From the NCBI RefSeq assembly GCF_964204645.1, contig NC_134028.1, positions 2,976,001 through 3,040,000 of the forward strand: a DNA stretch of 64,000 nt, read 5' to 3'. This document shows positions 29,701 to 41,901 of this stretch, piece after piece (the stretch's first letter is position 1; each line of letters begins with the position of its first letter). Origin of the DNA: Tubulanus polymorphus. Its lineage: Eukaryota > Animalia > Nemertea. A program made the position numbers and the translations under genes. A model generated the notes under the pieces. That model was not told where the DNA came from. It ran no database searches and was given only the letters and a program-made list of their open reading frames with translations.

Positions 29701-32278
29701 AAGTGAAAATTCCTGAAAATTGAAAAAAAAGTGAAAATAAGAATGGTACTCCGTACAACATTGCTGAATTAAGATGATTTTTTGGCCTCCAATATTTCAA
29801 AGAAGGCATCTTTGGATTATGAAGCAGAATAGTAGGCTCTCCATCACACTCCGCTTGTCTGTACATTCTAGGTTTTTCTTTATTGTGTATATATTATATA
29901 TAGCTTGGCTGTTTATGTTTCCAGCAGCAACTCTTCCTCCCACCGCCGTACCTCATCCAATCAGTAGGCCGGCATTACCTCCTTACTCAATCGCTGTACA
30001 AAATAAGAAACAAGGTGAGATTAAAAAATAATCAGCGTACGCTCCATTCGCAGTGGTACACATAGTAGAGACTCACTTTATACCACTGTGAAAGGAGCGT
30101 ATAGCACACCATTATTATCATTATACGCCAAAATCGAAATAATCCAAATCCATCTTTATCATCATCTTCATTTTTACTTCTTCATCAACATCATCGTAGC
30201 ATGGTGTAAGCGCATACAATTATCATCACATTATTAACATGTATTAACACTATAAACAACTGAATTGAATAATAATCTTTAATTTTCTACCTAGACTTGA
30301 AAAATGTTTCTCAAAACTCTTTATTCTATATTCACTCAATAACGATGATGATGAAGACTATCGAAATCAGTTTCACAAATACAATTCACGTCTGCGAGAC
30401 TAAGAATATCTGAACAACTAAACACCTGAAGCAATGAATGATCGAATCATTTTGCATAAATTAATCATTTAATAAGTAAAATTTCACCTCTACAAGATTC
30501 CTGTCCATATTTAAAAAAAATATCTCTCAAAATCTAAACGCCCTGTATGGTATGTGTGATAGAATGATTGATTCCAACGTGTACGTATCAGCTGCATGTC
30601 TTAAAAATAACTAATAGAATATCTCAGCTTCCTCAACTGCCTGCCCCGAATGGTTACACTGACCAAGAGATTTTCCCGCCAACAACAAATAATAGATTGA
30701 AGCTTGTAGTAGTTTTTGGTGATTTATTTTTCAATTGTATTCTTAATGTTTGATTGTTCACTCAGTGCAGCACATTTATTTTTTATCACTCTGATTTATG
30801 ACCGTTTTATCTCTATAAACTTGCGATTATGATTTTTGTTTAGAATGATTGTCGGGTTCACTTTCTGTTCGTAGATTCTACTTGTTGCTGGGTCAAGATT
30901 TCTCATGGTCACGCCCTAGATTTCTAGTTTTGATAGAATTGAATAAAATTTTGAGTTATAAGGTCAATTATTTTAAAACTTAGTAAAGCATTATTTTCGG
31001 TTTATGTGTTGGGTGTATTCAATATACATTGGGTCATGACCTGAAACCATTATTTACTGCAGCCCTTATATATGCATGAAAATTCTTTGAAATCTACTTA
31101 ACAATGTTCATATAACACAACTTCATTAATTCAATAACCCTCGAGACACGAGTCAATCTATAACAATCATTTCATTAATCCTATAATGTGAATGTCAGCA
31201 TGAAAGAGATTACAAACTCACATCTCATTTAACACTACATTTCACTGCATATACCGTAGTCAAATCTGTTCATTGTTCCTATCAATTCGCTTATTAATAT
31301 TTTTGAGTTAATGCATGGTTTTTTACTGCAATATCACATGATTGCTGTTAAATACAGTTACAAAGATATTTTTCAAACTTTCTGCTGATGTAAGATGGGA
31401 TCAATGCGCCATGGTTGGCATACCTCAAATTCGATTTTTCCGGGATCATCGTATGATTTGAAATAAATCCAATCGAGTATTCAGCATTAGGACTGTTTCT
31501 ATGCTAGCTCGGAACTGGCAGTATGCCAACTCAGTACATTGATCTGATTTTTCACCAGTCAGAAAGAAACTTTTTTTTCGGGATAAGAACATTTTCACTG
31601 AAAGAGAATTAGTGTAGTCGGACATTGAAAAATGTATTACTAAGTTTTGTTTTGTTCTTTTGTTGACAGCGTACAGCAACTACATCCACCAACAGTACAC
31701 ACAACAGACCAAACCTCCAATAGCACGACGACCACCCGTACCTCCAGATTACTACGCAGCAACACAGATGGCTCAGCTCGTCGCAAGAAGGAAACAACTT
31801 CAGGATCGAGGACGATCTCATTCTCATGAGGGCGTCGTCGGCCGATTGAAAGATCATCATTTTCAGACGGAGGATGACACGGTCACTGTCACCGGTACGT
31901 GAATTCTCAAAAAGAAATATTCATAGTTTGAAAACTGCAATAGATATAGCAGCACATTTTAACTTGTCAGTGCATTTACTCCACAGTGCTGTGTATGAAT
32001 CAATGAGGGACATTGCTAATACACTGCATCATGGTGTATCCATGTAGTTAATTATGCTCTGCCGTGAAGATACACTTAAGCACTCAAGCATGGGTCAGGA
32101 TTTTCTAAAACTTTTAAAATTATCTCCAGCACTTTAGGGCAGGAATTGGTCAGCAATGAAAGGGTTAACTAGGATGAAATGAAATGAAAAAGGCGCAATA
32201 CGAATTCATATTCATTTGTTTGAAAAAGCTGATTTAAAATTTTTTCTAGATGCTCATGGTCAAATATCTGCTGTGTGA
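11746..32278 (+). CDS. RAPGEF2: Rap guanine nucleotide exchange factor 2/6 (PDZ-GEF), multi-exon, 5'-partial. Exons: 11746-11821, 16875-17021, 17195-17419, 17784-17888, 18273-18469, 18706-18928, 19230-19394, 19598-19705, 22240-22443, 22520-22628, 22745-22991, 23668-23917, 24017-24081, 24162-24269, 24597-24825, 24976-25075, 25160-25371, 25454-25600, 25808-25957, 26205-26388, 26578-26817, 27205-27384, 29925-30014, 31670-31894, 32250-32278
   Basis: GT-AG exons with compatible phases give the PDZ-GEF domain order: N-terminal [11 protein letters not shown], cNMP-like domain ([41 protein letters not shown]), REM ([27 protein letters not shown]), PDZ ([23 protein letters not shown]), RA ([16 protein letters not shown]), CDC25 ([14 protein letters not shown]...[12 protein letters not shown]), LPPY/PPDY motifs and C-terminal QISAV* PDZ ligand. 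Probably a single invertebrate co-orthologue of RAPGEF2 and RAPGEF6. Confidence 0.95.
12511..12765 (+). CDS. Candidate alternative first coding exon of RAPGEF2/6 with 10-aa repeats ([10 protein letters not shown])
   Basis: atcATGg start, 85 codons, cag|GTATGA donor in phase 0 matching exon 16875; 30-nt tandem repeat at about 12538-12660. Confidence 0.5.
13402..13659. mobile_element. MITE-like element with internal tandem arrays
   Basis: Three copies of GGATTCAGTTACACAGTTGTGAGTTAGAGTTAACTC then four of GAGTTAATAGAGTCAAATCTTAACTCATT; ends CAGGATTCAGTTACACA / TGTGGAATGAGTCCTG are imperfect inverted repeats. Confidence 0.6.
14023..14166. repeat. Minisatellite, 23-bp unit GACCTGGATCCAGTGYGATAGTT, about 6 copies
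   Basis: Head-to-tail copies with no spacers; each holds the palindrome CTGGATCCAG. Confidence 0.95.
20089..20121 (+). CDS. Candidate 33-nt in-frame cassette exon ([11 protein letters not shown]) of RAPGEF2/6
   Basis: ttttttgtatcAG acceptor, cag|GTAATT donor, phase 0-0, no stop, inside the phase-0 intron 19706-22239. Confidence 0.55.
21007..21042 (+). CDS. Candidate 36-nt in-frame cassette exon ([12 protein letters not shown]) of RAPGEF2/6
   Basis: tttctattacAG acceptor, aag|GTATCT donor, phase 0-0, no stop. Confidence 0.5.
23168..23255. mobile_element. Short MITE, family shared with 63135-63246
   Basis: Terminal inverted repeats CAGGGTCCATTTTCATGAAAA / TTTTCGTGAAAGTGGACCCTG. Confidence 0.7.
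24301..24548. mobile_element. Dispersed non-autonomous DNA element (GTCAGGGAA-rich); related copies at about 14864-15081, 17537-17660 and 19012-19183
   Basis: Shared blocks such as CACTTACCTGGAAATCAGG, AGATTGCTAGATCA..AAATCAAATAGTTTCCATCT and repeated GTCAGGGAAA; ends CAAGGTGGC / GCCACCCTG are inverted. Confidence 0.7.
29645..29738. repeat. Tandem repeat, about 28-bp unit AAGTGAAAATTCCTGAAAATTGAAAAAA, about 3 copies
   Basis: Direct inspection. Confidence 0.9.
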
Positions 32279-33297
32279 AGATGAAATCCGACGTAGAAGA
32301 GGAATAAATATTGTCTCTGAGCTATAGTGGTTCCATCCACTCAAGAGAGAGTGAGAGAGAGAGGTCAGCTTCAGGTGTTGCATTGCTGTGTGCTGTCGAT
32401 CTAAACACCCGTCCATCTTGTACACATGAACATTAACAAACGTCGTGGTTTGAATTTGTGCAAGTGAGATTAAAGTGCAGGAAGTGAGACAGAGAGAAAG
32501 ATCTACGATTTGGCAAACAGTTGACAGAGGTTCTTTGTGGTCTTAAAGCAATTCTCACGTTAGAAATTCTACGAACACTTCTTAAATCGGGATTTGTTTT
32601 TTTTTTCTGTTTCTTGAAGAACACGTCATGTATAAAACTATACAAACATTCTGAACTGTCCACAAACAATTGTTTGATTTATTTCAGATAATGTAAATTA
32701 ACATTTTATAAATTTTTACTCTTATGAATCAGTCCGTGAAGAACATTGTAATTATTGTTTTCTTTTTTGGATGGAATTCGAGATTTAGAATGTTTTTTTC
32801 CCCTAATCTTTTGTTTCAAAGCGTTAATCTTCTTTTGAGTTGTTAAAGCTATTTCAACTTTACATTAGTCTGTGTTAATTAGTAAAATTAATTTCCATAT
32901 GTGCACTGACAATGTCTTGTCATATGTATTGTGAAGCCATGAAGCTTTATGTGGTTTACAGCTTAAAGTTATAAGGCGACATTCCACGTGTGTCATTTAG
33001 TTTTAGCTTGTGTAGCTATACCTAAAGTAAACTAATTGTAAATCGTCACCGATTTCGAACTAGATACTGTAGAATTTGACCACCCTGCACAGCAAGAAAT
33101 GATCAAGTTACTGATGAAGTTGCACATACATTATGTGGCTCGCATAACGTGCTTATTGTATTATTTTCCTATGTAATTTATTTAATATCTGTAAACTGGT
33201 TTTTACTGTAAATGTGTAGATATGTGTTGTATTATAAATGAATATAAGTGCGCAATTTGTATATAGAAATTAAACTTGTAAAGTAATCTGTGGATAA

Positions 33298-33303
33298 AAT
33301 AAA
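33298..33303 (+). terminator. Likely polyadenylation signal of RAPGEF2/6
   Basis: AATAAA about 1 kb after the stop codon, followed by GT/T-rich sequence. Confidence 0.55.
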
Positions 33304-35517
33304 CTGCAGTTTTATATGAACAAATATTTGACTTGCTGTTGTTGAATGATTCTTATGGTTTGAAGTTTTCTTAACTGATGAAATTGGCGAAACCCTGCAA
33401 AGGACCTATGGAACAAAAGCACAAAGAGCTATTAGTTAAAGGCTATGATTAGTTTCCTCAACCCCTACCCCAACGATCCAGGATATGGCGAAGAAAATCT
33501 CAAGGACAAAAACTATTTGGATGCTGGATTGACAATGATATAACTCCTGATCATCAACTCTGTGATTATATACTCCCGTCTACACCAGCGGGTAGTCTAC
33601 GGTTTATCACAATATTGATTCTTATTTTTTAATGGTCAAATGTCGATTGTATAAATACTATAAATCTGTACTAATCAGAAGGTAGGAATCGTCGTAGATA
33701 AAACTTTCGAGGTAGAGCGATAGAACTTCTTGTGAGATTATCACTCGAAACACATGTTCAAAGTTCACCCCAGTTGAGACAGATCTTGTACCGGTACTGC
33801 AGTTACATGTATTGTGTCTCATTGTTTTGTAACATTGGAAATTGATCTTTGACTTCGTGGTAATAAATCATTTGTAGTACTCGTCATCAATGTGTTAATT
33901 GTCATTGGGGAGATATCGCATCTCTTCGTAGATACATTGATGAAAAAAGCTATTTCACCAGTCCCTTAGTCAGGAATTTCCAAACTAATTCCAAACGGCA
34001 ACTTTTCCATGCAAAAGGCATTCACAAGACAAAACTAGTTGATACAAAGATTCATTATACATATATAAGATTTTCGAGATCAGAAAAAAAAAATCTACCG
34101 TACGTATTTTTGTTCGTATTTTACAAAAGAACAAACTCCTACAGTATCGAACCAGAGACCTCCAACGTATCAAAAAAAGAGTTTGAGACAAAAGACACAC
34201 TGAAATCATTTTTCAATAATTAGAAGTTCAGGGATAAATAAACCTCTTGTGGATATTGAAAAAATAGATGGTTACGGCTTGAAAATGATGAATTGTTTTT
34301 TTATTGAATCACATGTTATATCGCTGTTTAAGTTGAGTTTTTAATTCAAACTGATATGAACTTGAAACTTGTCGATAACTTTATCTGTACTGAGGTCATC
34401 GATTGCATTGTTTTGCATTGTGGACACAATTTACTTTGAGGCCTCCTGATAAGACAACCATATTTGGGCTTTCCCATATTTGGTAGAAGGATTCCCCATA
34501 TTTGGTAGTACCTAACCTTTATCAAATGGGACATAATGCCGGTAATGAAATAATGCCGCTGATCAAAGTCTCGCGGTGTCGGATGATTATGAAATTTATT
34601 TACAAACAAGAACTGCTTTTTCCGCCTCATCGAAGTTACCAATTAAATTTGCATATCTTTTGCCGTCAGTCGACAAGTTACTTCTAATACGAGGACTGTG
34701 CCGTGTGCCTCCTTACATCACCCAAATGTCGAAATGTTAGTCAATTTAGAATTGCGGGATTAGGCCCCTATAACGTTTTCTTTCTCTGTAGCCTAGATAT
34801 GAGACATTGATTTCATACATTTGTCGTTTAAGTTTTGGGCCCAGCCTAATTCATTTAAAACGACCCATTTACTAATACTACTAGAGTAGCGAATATTTAA
34901 AATTAGGGATTCGAACCCACCTTTCTAGGCTCAACGCTTATCAAAATATTACTACGCGAAAAAGAACATTCTCAAACATTATTGAAAAAAACCGGATTAT
35001 CATCGCATTATTAACGAAGACATTTGCTGAATATATTTAGATAGCATTTTATTTTGAATTTGTAACTAAAATTCCTACCAGTGTGCGAACTATGTTGTTC
35101 GCGCATAGATACCAAGGTTAAATCAAGGTGTTCTTAGGTCATTATTAATCGGATCGTGTTTCGCAGTTTTGACCATTTGTTTCTTCATGTTCTGGCTGAA
35201 TTTGTCGTTGTTTCGGAGATTTTAGACACTAATAAAGACTGTGAAGATGAGTATGCTGTGTCGAGTGAATGATATATACTATAGCGACTATTCTGATACA
35301 ACTGTCAGTTGAATATTTAGCGATATTTATTCTCTCTTCGGACTTCGTTGTGTGTGTGTGGGACCGGGACACCACTGCTGATATACCGGTTGGTGCCTAG
35401 CTAGTGCTGTGTGCCACAAACTTGTAACCTAGGCAGCTCGATCGCGTAAAAGCATCCAGTCTTATGTTAGTTAAAGCAGAACATAAAACAATACAACCAT
35501 TACATAATAAATCTACC

Positions 35518-38263
35518 ATGGAAGGTCTACTCAGTGTAAGTAAAAGTAGAGATCAATCACTGTTTCTGATTGGACTTTTGTTGACATCCTCGTTTAAGAA
35601 ATTGAGCATTTGATTTATAAAATGCTTTTCTTTGAATTACAGTCGCCCCTTGTGAAGTCATTTTTAGCCGGTTCGTTCAGTGGTACATGTTCCACTGTTA
35701 TATTTCAACCATTCGATCTTGTCAAAACGCGTCTTCAGTCACCAGTCGCTATTGGGTCAGTGTTCTATGATTCTCGATGACAAGATAAAATCCCACTATT
35801 TACAGATTAAAAGAATTTAAAAACAAGAATTTATTTATTAAATCTAAAATATTTAAAAGACACGACGTTTCGATCTCGCCCTAGAGATCATCGTCAGGTG
35901 TGTTTCTATTCTCGATGACGTTTGCGTTATAAACCTACAGTATTTTAATCTCACATATTTTCTATTGTAGTTCTGCACCAAACAGTATGATAGCGACGAT
36001 ATCTTGTGTCATTCGTAATGAAAGAATTGTCGGTCTTTGGAAAGGAATGTCACCAGTAAGTACGACTGAAAGGGGGATTTAGATCAAGTCGATTAAGCTG
36101 CTTTTAAAGTGAAGCTTATATTTCTTTATTCATTTCAGTCGATTTCAAGGACTATTCCAGGTGTTGGAATGTATTTTTCATCTCTTCACTGGCTCAAATC
36201 AACATTTGGGTAGGTTTCTTGTAATCGTAGGATTTTTCTGTCCGTAAATTTCGCTCGATTTTTCGTTTCCACTTCATTGAATTTCTTCTGTTCTTCTTGT
36301 ATAAATAGGAGTTCAGAGCCGGGTCCTATGGAGTCAGTTGTCCTCGGCGCCCTAGCGCGATCATTGTCTGGAGTCCTCTTACTACCAATAACAGTGATTA
36401 AAACACGATTTGAAGTACGATTATTGACTCTATCAGATAAAAATAATGTTTACTGACTATTTTCAGAACTTGAAGTTGATGTTGTTATGATTTCAGAGTG
36501 GTCAGTATCAGTATAAGAACATAGTTCACGCCTTGGTTATGATTCATCGCACAGAAGGAGCTAAAGGTAAAATCAGTGGATATTCTGATGTCCCTTCAAA
36601 ATCTGATACAACAAAAATTCAAATTTCCATACAGCGTTGATATGTTTGTTATAGGTTTATATAGTGGACTGGGAGCGACGTTGATGAGAGATGCTCCTTT
36701 CTCCGGTCTCTACCTCATGTTTTATACACAACTGAAGAAATCTGCATTTCAACGTAAGTAATTTCACACTCATTGCCCTCGTGCCCTCTGTGTGGTGGTG
36801 CTTGCTTTTCATAGAATAGCGATTACTTTGTGAGAGTCTAATTTTTTTTAACAAGACTCACAAACCACAAAGTATTGGCTGTTATGTGTATTAACACACT
36901 GCTAGCTGTGTTGTATACCAAGCTTCTCTAACAGAAGAGTTTTCTTTATTTTTCTAGACACTTCTCCCAGCTACCAAGTTAAATCTGATATCATACTAAG
37001 GGTGAGGTGTATACGGTAATTTTATTATTAAAGTATTTTTATTTCTATGTCAGGATGAGTTAGTGTTGCTGATGTGAGGAACGGTATTGCTGATGCCTTG
37101 TAATACTCTTGACTCTTTCATTTTTGGTTCTCGTATTTCCTGTTTTTAGACTAATTCAAACGCACTAAACGATGTGCGTAGTTCTTTCCTGAGGCATATC
37201 ATCTGCTTGAGTAGTAGTTCCGTCTTGAGATGATAAAATGTGTGTAACATTCTTTTGACACATAAAAAAAATATATACCTCCAGTTTTAAGAATATAATG
37301 AGTAAACACTTAGATTTTACATTGTAAAAATGAGTCAAATATGTCGAGCAGAATTGTAAATGGTGATAGCTGACATATTTGTGGTCAAGACAAAAGATCT
37401 GATAGTGAAAAATTATCTTCATATTTCAAGTGCCTTAATATAGCAGTTTGTAACTTATGACATTTTGATTAAGGTTGATTATGTACCGGTTACGTCAAAT
37501 CCCTATCGTGTTTATTAAGCTTTGAGTACAGTAAAACAGTGCAATTAATATTTTCTAGAAGGTCTGCATCATGGCATTTCCCTGTCCACTGTTTAAAATC
37601 AGGTTTAAGGCTTATATCTAATGTCTGTTTGCAATTTCATATTTTTGCAGGTGATTTGAAAGAACACCATAAACCTCTGGTGTATTTCATGTGCGGTGTA
37701 ATGGCGGGATCGTTGGCTTCTGTTGTTACACAACCCGCTGATGTTATTAAAACACACATGCAACTCTACCCGGATAGATTCAGTTCAGTTTCCAGTGCCA
37801 TCATGCATATTTACAAGGTTTGTCTGGTTTTTAAGAACCAGAAGCTAGACACATTGTTCATTAGTGCATACGTGTACATCTGTCAAAGTCTCTTCTATTC
37901 AATTACTTATCTTGCCTATTATCTGACCCTGTAGACATCTTGACCGATTTATCTATTTATTTAAACATTTTGACCTCGTTTTGTGTGTGCAAAGAGTAAT
38001 CTAGGGATGTAACATTGAAATGATCAAGACCGATAGGAAAATAATCAGATTGTTGTCAATTTCAGACTGATGGTGTTGTTGGTTTTATGAGAGGCATTAT
38101 TCCGCGCTGTTTGAGACGGACATTAATGGCTGCTATGGCGTGGACAGTATATGAACAGGTAATTAAGTAACAGTACAATTTACAAATTGATTCTCATCTG
38201 ATGAAATTGCTCAAATGATGTTTGTTTCTTCAGATAATGAAAGGAGTTGGAATGAAGGCTTAG
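35518..38263 (+). CDS. SLC25A38: Mitochondrial glycine carrier SLC25A38-like, 283 aa. Exons: 35518-35535, 35643-35755, 35971-36055, 36139-36209, 36309-36414, 36497-36566, 36655-36753, 37651-37817, 38066-38158, 38234-38263
   Basis: Spliced ORF of 852 nt; carrier repeats [33 protein letters not shown]; family-specific [13 protein letters not shown] and [14 protein letters not shown]. Confidence 0.93.
35860..35901 (-). ncRNA. Type I hammerhead ribozyme motif (Penelope/retrozyme-like), antisense in SLC25A38 intron 2
   Basis: Minus strand reads ACAC-CTGACGA-T-GATCTC-tagggc-GAGATC-GAAA-CG-TC-GTGT: intact CUGANGA and GAAA cores, 6-bp stem II, 4-bp stem I, GUC cleavage triplet, palindromic minimal stem III (ACGU). 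Confidence 0.75.
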
Positions 38264-39664
38264 CGTTGTATGCATGCATGCATTTCGTTTCCATCCATCA
38301 TAGTAGTAATGGACAATTGAACATGCATTTATCATATCAGTCACAAGTGAGAAATTAGAGCAATAACTTTCACAACTGAGATTTTCAATTGTCTGTGAAC
38401 TGTGAAGTTTGTGGGAGCTGCATTGATGATGGATTTATGAAATATTGATCCATGACAAACTTCCTTCCATATCTCAAAATAAACAGCTAATTATAAGTAA
38501 TTATACGAATGAAAAATGACGATTCACAAAATTGAGTAGACCTTACATGAGGAAGTGGTAATTGTTACGGGGTTGATTTTGTTACAATTATTGCTTGAAA
38601 TTGTTAATGAATTTAAATGGGTTATGTAATCAGTTATATATATATTTCGCTTTTTTCAAGAATTCTGTCTTAATGAGTTATACCTACCTGTCACTAATCG
38701 GCATCTGGCAGTTATAGTGGTTTCATTGTTTTGATATGAAAATGTAACTTGACTTGTTGCATATGATAATGAAAGTACATAGGTACTTAGTTTGTTTTCA
38801 CTTCTTGAACTATATCTTTGTTAATGAGTTATTTGATGCCGAACCAGTTTTGTTTCTGTGGGGTTACATTAGTTGTGGATTTCTGGTTCTGGATAACTGG
38901 AACAAATGATTTTAATACTTGCATACATTACAAAGATGTAGCGCTTTTTGTTAACTATGATTAGCTAAGCGTACTGGTAGATGTAAATATTTTATGAGAG
39001 AACATGCCCTGGTATTTATTTTGATAATAAAAAAGAGTATTCAATCATTTAATACGTAGTCTTTGTAAGTTTCACGATTTTATATCCCTTCATGCTGGGT
39101 TTGAAGCAATTTCATGACTTGCAGTTACAATATCTCATGCAGACTCAATTCTATGAAAATGCGCTTTCCTAAGCCTTACTATACTACGATGTCCATGTAG
39201 TAGTGTCCAACTTAGTACATCAAACAGGAATTGACATTGACCAATCTAGCGTCCTATTATTTATAGGGCTAGTTGAAGATACCTTGCAGTATTAGGCATA
39301 AGACCATAATTTGGCCAGTAGGCGTCTCCAGGTGATATATACAAATATACAGGTACCGGTAAGCCGCAGTAAAAATAAGAGGATTTCCTAGAACTTGAGC
39401 TGTACCTAACATGCTTTCCTGCAATTCTTGGCAGATTATGTGGGGCAAAACCACTTTAACATGTAGCGAGGATCCCTTGGAAAACATGCCTAAATATAAA
39501 CGCGAACTCGACTATTTTCTAACAAAATCAACAATTTATTGTCACACATTCTAATAATTCCTTGCGTTGCTAGCTTCAAATACATTCATTGAAGATGCAG
39601 CTTAAGGCTCTATGTATCTTTGTACAATGGTCATTAAAACTCTACAAAAATTCTAGCATTATCT

Positions 39665-41054
39665 TTATTGAAATTCGTAATCGTGTTTGGCAGACCAATC
39701 TATCGGTGGTTCTGGCTGATCTTTAGCATTTCGTCCCATACCGACTCTACCGTGTCTTCTTTCCCAGACTAATCGATGTTTCTCTTTCATATATGACTGA
39801 GTAACAGACGCGTTGGCACCCATATCTCCATCTACAAAAAATATCACATTTGCAGGATGAAAAGTACTTATCTCTCGAAACTGGTACAATACCCGGTAAA
39901 TAAAACTTGTGTAAGTCAGAAAAGTTTACACTGGCAAAATATGTCCGACTTTTAAGACGGATTGAGCGGGACATTTACTGAAAAAGATTCAAGTTGAAAT
40001 TGAACATGCACCTCATGACAGTGAAGAGAGAAGTCATCTTCGTTGATCTCATTCACTAAAGGTAAATCAGTTAAGGTAATCAAACTTTTCCTCACGGGTC
40101 CAAGTTATTTTTCGCTTCAAATGCAGCCAACTAAGGGAATATTATTTCTTTTATTCTCAATTCTGGGGGATAAAATATTTGTCCGCTTTAGGCCTTACTT
40201 TGTATGCGGTTTGGATAAGATCGATAGAAAAATGAAACTTCTGCACCCAAAAATTCTTTCAAATAACGCGATCTGATTTACGCAAGTTTTACTGTAGCTT
40301 GCTAAGCTTACGAGCGAATACTTACATTTGATGAAATAATTCGTGGCAGCTTGTTCGTAATCTTCAATGATTTTCTTGCATCTGTTTTTTCGATCTATAT
40401 CGCCTTCCCAGGTATAGCATTCGACCTTTCTTTGTCTGAGGATATCAACTATCTTCATATCAACCAACCTGCAAATGTAGAAACCATTTCCGTATTCGTT
40501 GGAAAAATATGAACGATAAGAACATGAAATTTATTGAAAATCCACTTTCAACTTACTTATCTCTCTTGTATTGTAAGTTAGCCTCAGTGAAACAGACTAT
40601 ATCTCCAACCTCACATTCATCTATATCCTTCACTCTCGGGAACTTTTCATGGTAATACGGATATGGATTCTTGCTTTGCATGGGAACAACAATTTTTTCT
40701 GAAAGTGACAGTGAGGAATGAAACATTAAGACCCTAACTATCCATTTTTTGGGTTGGTGACGGTGTTTTCTTTGCTGCTTATATTACACAGTGCAGTTGT
40801 AATGCTCAGTTGGAAGATTGGTTTGGAAACAATTGCATATAATCATCTGTATTTCGATTAATTGAATTGTATTGACGACCCTGGCTTCAGTTCAGCAAGG
40901 AAAATGACCTCTTCTTCCTCGACTGACTCTCAAACAACAGATTCATTCACGATTACAAACCTCGCACGAAGGTAACTGGGGCATCAATTACACCCCAAAC
41001 GACATCAAAAAACTTCTCTAAAGTTCGCTTCTGTTCTGGTCCATCAGCCCCCAT
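39665..41054 (-). CDS. NDUFB10: NADH dehydrogenase 1 beta subcomplex subunit 10 (PDSW), 181 aa. Exons: 41054-40961, 40698-40557, 40468-40326, 39831-39665
   Basis: Spliced minus-strand ORF of 546 nt: MGADGPEQ...IDAPVTFVRE...YYHEKFPRVKDIDECEVGDIVCFTEANLQYKRDKLVDMKIVDILRQRKVEC...NYFIKYGDMGANASVTQSYMKEKHRLVWERRHG, matching the invertebrate NDUFB10 signature with four conserved cysteines. Confidence 0.92.
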
Positions 41055-41735
41055 AATTTCCGATATTCTTTATAATTTTTACAGGAAAAAAGATTTTTTC
41101 AGCCAACACGGAAGTGACCCGAAATCCAGAGTGGGGAATGTTGAACGCACAAATCCGTAGTGAGTTCGAATCCCATCCACGAGTTGATTTCTTTTTCAGA
41201 AAATTAACAAACTTTAGCGATGGGGTTAGTTGCAAAATATGCAATTGATGTGATATTAAAATAATTCTTTTGTAGTATCAATCAATAATCCCGTACCCTG
41301 TGAAATCAGCCCTGCACCTTCGCTTGCCAGGAGCCCGTTATCGCTCCCTAGCGTAGTGGGTTCGAATCCTGCTTGACGGGTGAAGATGTAATCAGTCATG
41401 CATGGCGGATTGGCGACCACTGGTGGATTTGATAGAAGTAACTGACAATATGATTTTTCCAACGTTGCAGGGAGTAATATTTGAATTTTGAAAATATAAT
41501 ATTTCTCTCGCCTTCTTTCCTTGCCTGTTCTGTTAAGGCTCAATAAAGTCATTTGAATTTGAATTTGACCTGACGAATACTTCCGGGTTTTAGAAAAGGG
41601 CACCCAAAAATTTCGATATTTCTACGTCAACGACTTGAAAACAACCGGCATATCTATTACTTATTACTAATCACCTTTGATACTAATCATCGAAGTGGAG
41701 TGGCTGTGAAGACGACGGAATTAAAAGAATTTGAA
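41055..41735. promoter_or_regulatory. Bidirectional promoter shared by NDUFB10 and YKT6, including a probable non-coding YKT6 exon 1
   Basis: Head-to-head genes with ATGs about 850 nt apart; ETS-type CGGAAGT at 41109 and ACTTCCG at 41579; B-box motifs at 41162 and 41358; GTAAGT donor at 41736. Confidence 0.65.
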
Positions 41736-41901
41736 GTAAGTTTGAATCCGAATCATCATCATATGGCACGAAAAATGGAATTGGAAGAAATGAATAAATT
41801 GCACTACACACTCACCTTAGCTAATATTTGACTCTGCCAGATGGATGCCAACCAAATAAAACGTAATTACTCTCCTTTTTTTCCATAGGAAGATCCGCAG
41901 T

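Noticed and set aside
33373-33395. Hammerhead-like CTGATGA...CGAAAC
   Set aside because: No stem II, no stem I and no NUH cleavage triplet in register.
36958-37001. 44-nt poison exon in SLC25A38 intron 7
   Set aside because: Plausible AG and GT, but nothing else separates it from chance splice-like motifs.
41307-41390. Canonical tRNA gene
   Set aside because: T arm and B-box present but no A-box/D arm or anticodon arm; kept only as a tRNA-like finding.
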